Below are positions 11,630 to 23,110 of a stretch of DNA of 64,000 nt, one piece after another. The DNA comes from Azolla caroliniana. Lineage: Eukaryota; Plantae; Polypodiophyta. The DNA lies in contig JBHGNT010000004.1 of NCBI GenBank assembly GCA_043228905.1, forward strand, positions 18,290,001 to 18,354,000. Direction: 5' to 3'. Positions within the stretch are counted from its first letter, which is position 1. Each line of letters opens with the position of its first letter. The notes beneath the pieces are model-generated. The model made no database searches. It saw only the letters and a program-made list of their open reading frames with translations, and was not told where the DNA came from. A program made the translations under genes and the position numbers.

Positions 11630-14600
11630 TGAGCTTGTATTCAAAAAATAGCATAGAGTGCACAGATCTCTGGAAAAGCACAAGTAATCAGCCTTCGAAC
11701 TAAGCTCGATATAGAAACCAGCGAACCAATGGCGCTCTCCGTAGAATATGGATTTGTCCATCCCCAACCGCTCGTCATGCCAAAGAGCAGGGTCGGATTT
11801 ATCATAACATCATTTGAAGGCTTAAAGGTGGATTGGCGATTGACCATCGTCGACTCACTCTGGACGGTGATCACTGTAGTGGCCGATGGTAAAATGACAT
11901 GGACTAGAGTGGCACAATTGTTGACAATGCTCACGCCACCGACACTAGCCATCAAACCAAAGAAAAGGGCAAGGGTTGAGACAACGCCAACTCAATCATC
12001 GAAATGGCAGCAACTACTGGCACGACATACCCCCAAATGGGCAAGAGAGGCATCTCGACAATCAGACCTAATTTCGGAGACTAACAGAGAAGAACCAGCG
12101 AGATCGACAATGCATATTCCAATCAAGCTGCAAAGGCAGGATAGAGAGCAAGAGCAGCCCGTACAAGCAGAGACGGCACACGAGGAGACCACGGAAGACG
12201 AGGATTTGGAAGAGGAAGACAAAACCCTTCAGATGCCTCCTAGAACATGTCCCAAGGAGCAACACGGGGACGGATCAGGTCTGGAGAAGGATAGTGTTCC
12301 GACCACCCGTTTAGCGGTGGTGGAGCCAAGGACAATCGAGCGTTAAGGAAAGGAGACACCAAAAAAGGTTGGGAGGGTTCCATCGGAACTAGAGATAGAA
12401 AGAGCAATACAACCGGGTCCGACACAACAACAACAGGAAGCCGAAAGGGCGGAACCGGTGACAAAAGCGCTGAGAATACAGAGGTTAGCGGCAAAGCGGG
12501 GAGAAAGGCCGGAAACAGTACAGGATTTCGATGTCCTCACACAAAACAGAACTCGTGAACAATGGTTAAAATGGCTGGGAGAACAGGTTTCCGGTCTGGC
12601 TGACCGGGTGGAAGCGGAATAGCAAGTATGGAGAAATAGGAGCGGACCCACCCCAATGAAACGGTTGCAACAAGAAACTGAGGAATTGGAGATGGCCCAA
12701 AATCAGATCCGGATGTTAGAAGAAGAGTTGGAAAGGGCCAAGGAATTAGCGGCCATTATGGCTAACATGGGCCAGGGAACCAGCATAGAGATGGAACCGG
12801 TTGAACAGCAAAGGAGACAGGAAGAAGCTCCGGAGAAAAAGACAGATCAAGAGGCTAGCACAGAACCGGAAAGAGAGCGCGAGTGGGAGAAAGAGATTGA
12901 AGCGGTCAAGGATGAATTAGTCGCACGAGCAGGACTTAAAGAGAAGGAAAAACAACTACCGAAGACAACTGAGGAAGAGAAGCAGAAGATTGAGGACAAA
13001 CTCCATTGAGTGTAGAACAATATGGATTGGCTGAAATAGGAAAAAGAAATGTTGCATCAGGAAAAAGACAAACTCCGAAGAATGACGGAAACGAAAATTG
13101 AGAGTCTCAAGGAAGAAATCCGGCAGTAGAAGGACCAGGACGATCTTCTACGATAACAAGTCAAGCATTTCAAGCAAATATTTGAGGATTTCGACAAGCT
13201 GTATCGGGACTACAAGAAGCTGGAAATGGATTGTGACCGGCAACAAGAGAGGTTGAAAGATGTCCGGGAAGAAATCAAGGAGAAGACGGAGGCTCAAGTA
13301 GCTTAGGAGAAATTTCTAGAAGAGGGAACGACGCAGTTGTTGACCGATGCAACAAAAGCATGGTCGGAATTGCTTGACACTAAAAATCAAATCATTGGGC
13401 GCTTGAAGACGACATTAGAAAGGGTCTAGATGACGTATCCAACCTAGTTCAAGGATTATGAGAGGTAGGCAATAACAACAACAGGATTAATAAAGCAAAT
13501 GAAGAAGGATAAAGAGGCGACAGAGGACAAACTGAAGATGGGCATAAAGCGTATCCAGATCATAATCAGAGCTCAACGGGAATGGATGAAGGAGAAGATG
13601 GAAGAGTGCTCCGCGGCGATCTAGACCCAATGGGCCAAGCAAGCGGTTGAACTTCAAGTCCTCCTAGCTGATGCCGAGAACCGGAAAAAGTACGGAGATA
13701 ATTTCTACAAGACGGATGAAGCTAGTGTTATCACCATCCGGGAGGAGTTGTCCGACGACTTTTATGCCCTGGCCAATGCACAAATGGACACAATCCGAAG
13801 CATGCTCGAAGGATTCAAGGATGACCAACTACAAACCACGTTGGAGTTGGAAGGCTATGAGCAGGAGTGACGACGGAAGGAAGCGGAGAAAAAGTTGACC
13901 AGATAAATATTCGCAGCTGGAGCCAAGGACCTACACACAACAGCAATCGGAAATACCAGATCCGCATCCGGATAAAGAGTAGGAGACACACAAGATGGAA
14001 ATGGTGGTAACGGAACCTCAGCTAGAGAGATCAAAGAAGCAACTAGAGTAGTCGGAGAAGGAGTTAGAGCTAGAAAAGCAAGAATAGCAAAGGACGGAAA
14101 CAGAGGAGGAACCACTCAAAACCCTGGACCAAAGCATAATGGATTTACTTGATGAAGATTGATGGAGTTAACCCGTGGGTTCGACGTGCAAGGTACTGTA
14201 CCACGGGTGTGCCATGTGTTGGCCTTTAGAGTATAATCTAGAGCAGAAGTGTGGATGGGGAAGAGATGGATCAGATGAATATTATGTAAATAGTAGTTAT
14301 TAATTATTAAGGAAAGGACGGATCCAGATAGTTGTACGGATTATTACCCAGTAGCTGGTATGGCAACATGTTGTAATCTGTACTGGATGCCTATAAAAAG
14401 ATATGGATTGATGTATAAATCTTACGGAAGTGAAAGAACTTAAGTGTTGTTGCTTTTAATCTAATTGTATCTTGTTTACTTGTCGTTTGTGCTATAATTA
14501 TAAATCTTACACGTGTAATTAATATCCTAATAGTTGTGTGAGTCCGGAAAGTGATCGAACACTATTAAGTGAATAAGATCCGAATTATCATCCATATCTC

Positions 14601-14671
14601 CGACCACCCCTTTGGCGACGTGTTTAAGAAGGACACCCTATGTTTGTGGCTAATCTGGCCCAAGATAAACA
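11630..14671 (+). mobile_element. 3' half of a gypsy related to 46518-55172: degenerate extra coiled-coil ORF + 3' LTR (~14217-14671)
   Basis: Translated blocks FEGLKVDW and WAKQAVELQ...DAENRKKYGDNFYK align with 52200-54661; same pre-LTR motif. Confidence 0.7.
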
Positions 14672-15338
14672 ATAGAGCCTACATAACATCATCTAATGGG
14701 AACTTCGTTGATGCTAGTTGGTTTACTAGTCCCATAAAAGTACTAATGTGCACCACAATGCTATCACCATCTGTGTACTTGAGTCTCACTATTTCTCTCA
14801 TTAGAAATGTTTTGTTTAGGGTATTTTTCCTTTCATACAGGGCAGAGAGTTGATGCCACAACTCGTAGGCATTTGTATCGCTTGCCACATCTTGTTGGAT
14901 GCTTATGTCTACACACTGTCTTATAGTTGCCACAACCTTTCCGTTTAGAGTTTTCCACTTAGACTCTATTACCCCCGTTGGTATATCCTTCCTATCTATC
15001 AGCTCATACAGGTATTTAACTATTACAAGGTTCTTCAACTTGATCTTCCAACCAAAGTAGTGATGGGAGTTTAGGACTATCATCCCTCGAAATTCACTCA
15101 TACTTCCTTCCATCTAGAACCTTGCGCTCTGATACTAGTTTGATGTGATTTACACCTAGAGATAAACAAAAAATATTCTGAAACACAGAACATAAATCAA
15201 ACATCACACGATTTACATGGAAAATTCCAAATCACGGAAAAAACCGTAGGTGCCCTCTAGTCACCACCCTTTCACTATGAACCAAGAGTATATAGATAAG
15301 GTTACAAGCCTCCCTCGCTTGCAAAGGGAATACAAATC
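14672..15338 (-). mobile_element. Copia fragment: part of LTR, iMet PBS, gag N-terminus
   Basis: ORF 14679-15113 resembles copia gag (LNSHHYFGWK...NAYELWHQL); degenerate PBS at ~15127-15138. Confidence 0.8.
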
Positions 15339-18300
15339 TGTTGTGCGAACAAGTGTTAGGAGTAGTACTAAGACAAAGAAGTACTGTCAAGAACAATACT
15401 AAAACTGAGAAGGAATTAGTACTAAAAGATGAGGATTAGTACTAAGGGAGGTGTAGAACTCTCAAGAGAGAAGGAGAGAGAGAGAGAGAGAGAGAGAATG
15501 AGGATAACAAAAGATATATACATTATGTTAAGGGAATATACAATAGTAGCTAGGAGGCATAAGACCGGCGTTGAACCGATTTGGTTCGAAATAATGCCTT
15601 GTTCCTCCTTTTATAGTGTTCTAAGGAGTACTCCTGAAGTTTCTAGAATGTTCTAGAGAAATCTGGAATATACATCAATTTTCTATAGTAAAACTTAAAT
15701 GAAAATATGAACATATAGTTTAATGGTCAAGAGTTCGACTCATGTAACACAAGGTCATGGGTTTGAGTCTTGCCATATCATGACACTATCCCCCCTTTAA
15801 AACGACGAGTGTCACGAGTCGTTTTGGATTGAGGACCCGGTTCGTCTAGATATTGACGATGGAAGTCTTCAAGAAGAGCACGAGTATTGGTCACATTCTC
15901 TATTGGTTCCCAAGTACGCTCGTTGGGACTATATCCTAGCCAATCGACTAAATAGTAGAGTTTGTTGCGAACAATCTTGGAATCGAGGATTGGTGGCAAC
16001 CTCGTACTCAGGTCCATCTTCAAGCTCGATCGGGGGTGGAGGTTGTTTAATAGGACCTGGGATGGTGTTGTCTCAATAGGGTTCGAGGAGAGTACTATGA
16101 AACACCGGATGTATCCGAAGTTGTGGAGGTAGATCGAGATGAAAAGCAACATCATTAATTTTTCCAATAATACCGAAAGGGCCTAATCACCGGTAATCCA
16201 ACTTCTCACATGGGCGAGTAGTCTTGATGTGTCGTCGTAGTAGCCACACCCGATCTCCAATGTTAAAAGTGGATGGAAGCCGATGACGATCCGTGTAAAC
16301 CTTGTGTGTTTGTTGAGCTTGTTGTAGATGAGTAGATAAATCTGCTTGTATCTTACATAGCCGCTCCAAACGATCCTCTGCACAAGGATTTGTTGGTATC
16401 TCTGGGGTTTCAAATACACACCACCGGGGGTGACAACCCATGTAAGCATAAAATGGTGTCACCTTTGTCGATGAGTGGACAGAGTTATTATAGGCAAATT
16501 CGGCGAAGTGGAGAATATCCATCGAATCATCTTGATAATAGCTTAAAAAGCACCGAAGATACTGCTCCAACGTTGTCGTACTGTGTTACGTACACTACGT
16601 GAAAAACTTATAAAGTACCGATTTAATAAATATGAATAAATAGTAGAAAATATTATAATATATATAACATGCATAGGGAAAAATTCAAACCTTGCACCTC
16701 CATGTTAATAATGTGAAACCTTACCATTACAGTAGCATTTCATTAGTGTTAAAAAGTAGATGTCCCACATAGAAAGCTAACTTCACCTAGGATAAACGTT
16801 AGTTAAAAGAAAACGCATGCTAAAAGAAAAAAAACTACGCATGCACCTCTAGCGTGTATGAACGCTATAGTTTATAAAAAACGCACAAGTTAGAAAAAGC
16901 ATGATCACTTTAGAGAAAGCATATAGTCTATCTATAGAAAAAGCATGGAGTCTATAGTTAGAGAATACGCATGGGTTGGAAAAGACTCTCTCGTCTATAT
17001 ATAAGGATGAGGAGCACAATGTAGTGTGTGTGAAATACTTGGAAATTGGATATATTTCCGAAAACACCGACCAATTAAGATAATCGTGGGATTCACGAAA
17101 ATAATATAATCTATACTTGTGGGATTCACAAGTTTCTTATATCTTTCTTTCAATCTAAATACATATTCTTATCTAAATACTGATTAATAAAATATATTAT
17201 ACTTGTGGGATTCGCAAGTTTATAATAATCTATTCATAATTAAAATCGTCTCAAATTCTTCCTCCTAGTCCAAAACCCCAGTGGTTCCCACCCGACTCAC
17301 GCAACGATCTGGCGCCGAAAGGCATGACACAAGTTGGTGAACCCGACGTGAAGAGGGGTGGTAAGGAGATGGAGAATCAACAAGAAGCGTTGAATATGAT
17401 GATGATGATGATTAAGCGGATGCAAGAAGAGCAAAGCACAATGTCGGAGATGAAATCGGCAGTAGCACGGCTTGTGCAAAGAAACGGGGAATTTGACGGA
17501 AAGGATGTGTCATGCTATCTATGCGAATACAAGGCCGAGATGATGCGATGTGGGATACCGGAAGGATTGCAAAGGACATCCTTCAATCGAGTAGTCACAA
17601 ATGAGTTACAAGAGAGAATCCACAAAATAGGGCAATAAAACCCGACATGGGAGTCCTTTGAAGAAGCTTTACGAGAGGCATATGATTTCAAGAGATCGAA
17701 GGGACAATTCGACGAATGGGTGGCATTGGAGAAGACCTACCGGAGTGCAACACAAGTATTCCTTGAGTTCGAGCATCGTTTTGCTCGACTCTCGAAGCGG
17801 GAACAAAGATTGGTGGGAGAGGAAAAAGTCCTAATTTTTGTAAAATCGATCGATCGAAAAGAAAGGATGGACATCGGGATCGAACTTGAAGACGATGACG
17901 GTGCGAATGGTCTTATCGAAGATTGGGCCGAAGTCCAAAGGGTATGCCGGAGACATGATGAGAGGAAGATCAGAATCTTGTCAATGACAATGCCGATGAA
18001 GGATGGTCGATTGAAGACAAATGATGGAGCCGATATGAAGGTTGAAATACAACATGATGGTGCGACAAAAGAGGGTGTAAAACAAGCTACCCTCTTGTCT
18101 TGCGAAAGAACAATGGCGAAGGATAAGGCCGATAACCCAAGTGTAGAAGAAGATTTCGGAATACAAGTGTCCAAAACATCGGGTGAAAAAGGGGTAAGCA
18201 TAATTGATGTAGTGAAAGAGAGCAAGGAAGACTTGATTGAGGAGGTTGCCACAAAAGATAACATCAAATCGAAGGTGGCTATGGATGAATCAATGGCGGA

Positions 18301-20960
18301 TGGCCATATCGAGACTTCCCCACCACTGATTCTAGAGACTCCGGCGGTTGCGTTCGAAAGGCAACGTGAGACCGAAGAGACGGAAGGTGGTGGAGAGAAA
18401 ACAAAGGTCAAAGCTGATTCATACGACGGAGAGATAGCCGAGAAGGTGGCTATGGTTGAAATGACAGAGGATGATAATACCGAGAGTTGATGCACACTAA
18501 TCCTAGAGACTTCAGCGGTTGCGTCCGAGAACCAACGTGAGATGGTGGCAAGGAAGGTAAAGTCGGAAGCTGGTTCGGATGGAAGATGATCCGTCCGAAA
18601 TTCCGGTCTAAAAGAAAGCTAAAGCAAGCGGAAGTGGATCCGGACAAAATCCGAGAGTTCGACACGGACAGAAATCATTCCAACCGGAAGTCGATCGAAC
18701 GAGACCGATCCGGAAAGAAGTTCCGGAAGTCAAACCGGTCGAGACCGGTGAAAACAAAGAAAAGAAAGAAAATATGGACGGAAACCGATCGGTTGACACA
18801 GATCCGGAAGGGGGCTGAATCGGTAAAAACCGATCAACCGAGTCCAAATCAGCTGAATACGAATCGGAATGGAAGCCGATCCAACCGAAAGACGATCGGA
18901 TGATACCGAATCGGAAAGAAGCTAATCTGACTCAACCGGAGATCCGAAAAGAAATCAATATTGATAAAGACAAGGAAGAGGCCAAGCAAAGACACTACCA
19001 TGGATGATAAGGAGCAAGCGGGCCATAACAATGCAAAAAGCGAACGAAGACTATGGTGGATCGGATGATGACAATGATTCGGGTGGAAAGAATGGATGTG
19101 TTCAAAATGGAGAGACAAAGCCGACATAGCAAGAGAAACAGAGGGTACTACAAGTAAAGAAGAATTACGAGAGCCGGTAATTGGAGACCGGATAGAGCCT
19201 GCAACCGAACAGAACTGGAAACCGGGCGGAGTCGGCATCCAAAAACCGGAGACCGAACGGGGCCGGCAGCCAAAACTGACCGGCGACGAAACCAACCATG
19301 CGAAGAACGGACAGACGAGACTAACAATCACCGACAACTTCGGCACATACCGGAGGATGTGCGGGTTCGGAGGGGGCGAGTGTCGTAGTGTATTTCGTAC
19401 ACTACGTGAAAAACTTATAAAGTACCGATTTAATAAACATGAATAAATAGTAGAAAATATTAAAATATATAACATGCATAGGGCAAGATTCAAACCTTGC
19501 ATCTCCATGTTAATAATGTGAAACCTTACCATTACAGTAGCATTTCAGTAGTGTTAAAAAGTAGATGTCCCACATAGAAAGCTAAGTTCACCTAGGATAA
19601 ACGTTAGTTAAAAGAAAACGCATGCTAAAAGAAAAAAAACTACGCATGCACCTCTAGCGTGTATGAACGCTATAGTTTATAAAAAACGCACAAGTTAGAA
19701 AAAGCATGATCACTTTAGATAAAGCATATAGTCTATCTGTAGAAAAAGCATGGAGTCTATAGTTAGAGAAAACGCATGGGTTGGAAAAGACTTTCTCGTC
19801 TCTATATAAGGATGAGGAGCACAATGTAGTGTGTGTGAAATACTTGGAAATTGGATATATTTCCGAAAACACCGACCAATTAAGATAATCGTGGGATTCA
19901 CGAAAATAATATAATCTATACTTGTGGGATTCACAAGTTTCTTATATCTTTCTTTCAATCTAAATACATATTCTTATCTAAATACTGATTAATAAAATAT
20001 ATTATACTTGTGGGATTCGCAAGTTTATAATAATTTATTCATAATTAAAATCGTCTCAAATTCTTCCTCCTAGTCCAAAACCCCAGCGGTTCCCACCCGA
20101 CTCACTCAACGATCTGGCGCCAAAAGGCACGACAACGTTTGATTTGTTCATTCTGCTTGGTCCTCTGTTTGCGGGCGGTAGCCGAAGGAGAGGTTACAAG
20201 TGACATTAAGCATTTTAAAGAGGTATTTCTAGAACTTTGAGACGAACTGGGGTCCACGGTCGCTAATGATACTATCGGGAAGGCCATGATGCCGACATAC
20301 TTTACGCATGACAATTTCGGTGGTTTCTTCTCTAGAAATTTCCTTAGTACATGGAAGGAAATGGGCCATCTTCGTATATTGATCTACTGCTATTAAGATC
20401 GCATTGAATCCCGTAGAGACCGGAAGATCTCTGATGAAATCTAGGGCAATGGATTGCCATGGCTTGCTTGGAATTGGTAATGGTTCTAATAAACCATATG
20501 GAGGATGCCTTGACATTTTTTCTCTACAACATGTATCACAAATTTGAACAAAATCTTTGACAGATTGTCGCATATGGGTCCACAAGAAGGATCGTTGTAC
20601 TAAATCTAGTGTTATAGTACTACCAAAATGCCCAGCTATATATGTGTCATGACAGTTTTGGACTACTTGAAGATGACAAGTACCATTAGGAACATACAAG
20701 AGTTTCTTAAAGAATAGTAATCCATCATGACATTCGAATTGTCGATAGTCTGTACCTAGTTGTTGCGACTATGAACAAGATGCTCGAGAGGGATCAATTT
20801 GTGCTTGAATGGCTTGAGCGAATGATATTGATAACGTGGGAATCCAAGGGCATACCAAAGACCTGCATTGCTTGTAGTTATGTCGGTCCCAAGATTACTT
20901 GCTTTTGGTTATCGAACGTCGGCTCACGCATATCAAATCTTTATAAGCGGGCACTAAGTC
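15339..20960 (-). mobile_element. Chromovirus (Tcn1-like) gypsy remnant: integrase + chromodomain, PPT, 3' LTR (~15339-15785); split by element 16574-20134
   Basis: CHD..IAGHFG...C..C, IALDF, SDRGPQF, EFAYNN, chromodomain ILDSK...YYLVDWLGYSPNERTWEP; PPT AAAGGGGGGA near 15789-15799. Confidence 0.88.
16574..20134 (+). mobile_element. Structurally complete non-autonomous tRNA-Trp-primed gypsy (gag-like region only, no pol)
   Basis: Near-identical LTRs 16574-17329 and 19381-20134; PBS 17335-17351; PPT GGAGGGGGCGAG; perfect TSD ACGT. Confidence 0.93.
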
Positions 20961-21298
20961 GTCCTCTCATTCCCAACAACTTCATCATGTATGTGACACA
21001 AGTTCCTTATTTTGTCATGCATAAGAGATAATAATAAGGTACTTAAGTGTGAGATCTCTATTTAAACAAACAAAATGTAAATGTAAATCAATTAAGGAGG
21101 TCCTCCTTTCCATCATCAACATCTCTTGCATTATTTTTTAATATTGTCATTTATTTCGTTCTCTTCTTCATGCTTTAAAAATCTTAGTTAAATTGAGATA
21201 TATAACCAATACCAAGGTATTTTCAGCAAACAAACAGCCTCTAGCTAAATCTATTAAGCTAATATGGCACACATTAATAACTACATTGCGGGCCCAAT

Positions 21299-21937
21299 TA
21301 GTAGTGGGCCCGGTTTCGGCTCAAATTGAACTGAACCGTTAAGCCATGGTTTAAAGGTTTATATGTTCCAAAATAATTAAATATTTTGGTTTGGTAATAA
21401 TTATTAATAAATGGTTCGGTCTTAGTTCGGTTTGGTTATAAAACTGGGGTTTATAGGTTTAAGTGGTTTGGTTTAAAGGTTTATAGGTTTTTGGGCTAAC
21501 ACTTTTTATCCCTTAAATGTTTATGTAATTTATTTGTTTAATTATGTTTTTTATTGATTTAATTCACTTAACTTAAATGTGTATTTAATCTAATGGCTTA
21601 ATTAATATTTATTTATTTAATTAATTAATAACACATAAATGTTTATTTAATTTAGTGTATTTTTATTTATTTAATTTTTTAATTAGTTTGGCTTCAATGT
21701 GGTTAGGTTTAAACTTTTTATTAAATGGCTCGGTTTGGTTTCAACTTTTCCCGATATAGTTTTGGTTTAAATTATTTGGTTTACCTTTTCTTAAATGGTT
21801 TGGTTTTATGGATTGAAAGTTCATAAACGGTTTGGTTTAGTTTTTGTTTTAAATAAATGGTTTGGTTAAGTTCAGTTTGGTTTTAAGGCAAAGAAACCAA
21901 ACCAAACCAAACCGAAACTGAACGGGGCCCATTGCTA
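21299..21937. mobile_element. hAT-type MITE
   Basis: TIR TAGTAGTGGGCCC / GGGCCCATTGCTA (11/13); 8-bp TSD GGCCCAAT at 21291-21298 and 21938-21945; AAACC/GGTTT subterminal repeats. Confidence 0.88.
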
Positions 21938-22286
21938 GGCCCAATATGAGCGGATTGATGGAACAAATGATGTTTTAGAACTAATGAGGCTAAATTTCAA
22001 AAAACAATGGTGTACTACACTGATGACTGTAGAAACTAGAATGGATATACGTTGGTAGTACGTAGTACCCAGATGGTTGCTCTCCCCTCCCATTAGATGA
22101 AAGAGGGGCGTGAATGACATGACACACATAGACAACAAACATGTGGGCTATTGAGTGTAAGATAAATAAGTGATATCGCCCATATGGAAGTAGATAATGA
22201 CTACCTGATAAAGGGACTAAAGTTGTGTACTAAATTACATTTTAACTAATGGAGTATATTCTTATTTGGTTTAAAAACAAAATCAT

Positions 22287-22715
22287 GTTAAATACTTAAA
22301 GTTACAATGCACACTATGACTGGTCAATTATGATAGTGTCGGCAAAAATGCGGAACAAATCCAAATGAAGGTGGGGACACGAATATTTTGTAATAGTCAT
22401 TTTGTTCGTTCAATTCTGCATGCCTTAAATATCAGTGTTTAATTGAGAGATGGAATAAATGCTAATCAAGTTAAAAACTTACAATGCAGACAAGTCAAAT
22501 CCAAATGAAGGTGGTGAGTCGGTTACACATGAATATTTTTTAATAATGTCATTTTCTTTGTTGTATTCTTCATGCCTTACAAATGTTAGTTTAATTGAGA
22601 GATATAACGAATGCTAATCAAGTTAAATACTTATAATGCACACAATGACCAGTTAATTATGATAATGTCGGCAAAAAAGCGGAACAAATCCAAATGAAGG
22701 TGGGCACACACGAAT
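22287..22715. repeat. Imperfect tandem repeat (~2.5 units of ~160-180 bp) in the LOX upstream region
   Basis: CAAATCCAAATGAAGGTGG three times; TTTAATTGAGAGAT...ATGCTAATCAAGTTAAA twice. Confidence 0.8.
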
Positions 22716-22955
22716 AAGTTCGTGTAGAAATTGGGAAATGGGCTGGTTGCAACGAAAACCTCTCGAGTTTCCATTAGTTGTTTGCTTTTTCCTCATTTTT
22801 TGCCTCTAAATTCTACTACATAAAGGAAAACAAAGTTTCCTATTTCAAGTACTTTTACAAGCACAACAAAAAAAACAACTTTACTTGAAAAGTTTGATCC
22901 AACGAAAAGTCCGACTTGTGTCCAAAACGTACCACACACATGCTTTGCTTGTTTA

Positions 22956-22961
22956 CACGTG

Positions 22962-22995
<34 letters not shown>

Positions 22996-23035
22996 TGTAT
23001 GTATGTATATACATATACAATGTATATATATATAG
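22956..23035 (+). promoter_or_regulatory. G-box followed by (TATG)n/(TA)n microsatellite in the putative LOX core promoter
   Basis: CACGTG at 22956-22961, ~150 bp before the ATG; function inferred from position only. Confidence 0.4.
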
Positions 23036-23110
23036 CTAGTGTTGGTCTCAACCAACAAGAATTTGTATAACATTCCATTCACTTATACTTCATCCAATCT
23101 TTGCATAACA

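Noticed and set aside
12340-13700. Frequent in-frame TAG stops suggesting read-through or an alternative code
   Set aside because: They fit C-to-T/G-to-A decay of CAG and TGG codons in methylated TEs; LOX uses the standard code
15713-15778. Functional tRNA gene
   Set aside because: No convincing acceptor or anticodon stems; kept only as a tRNA-like box cassette
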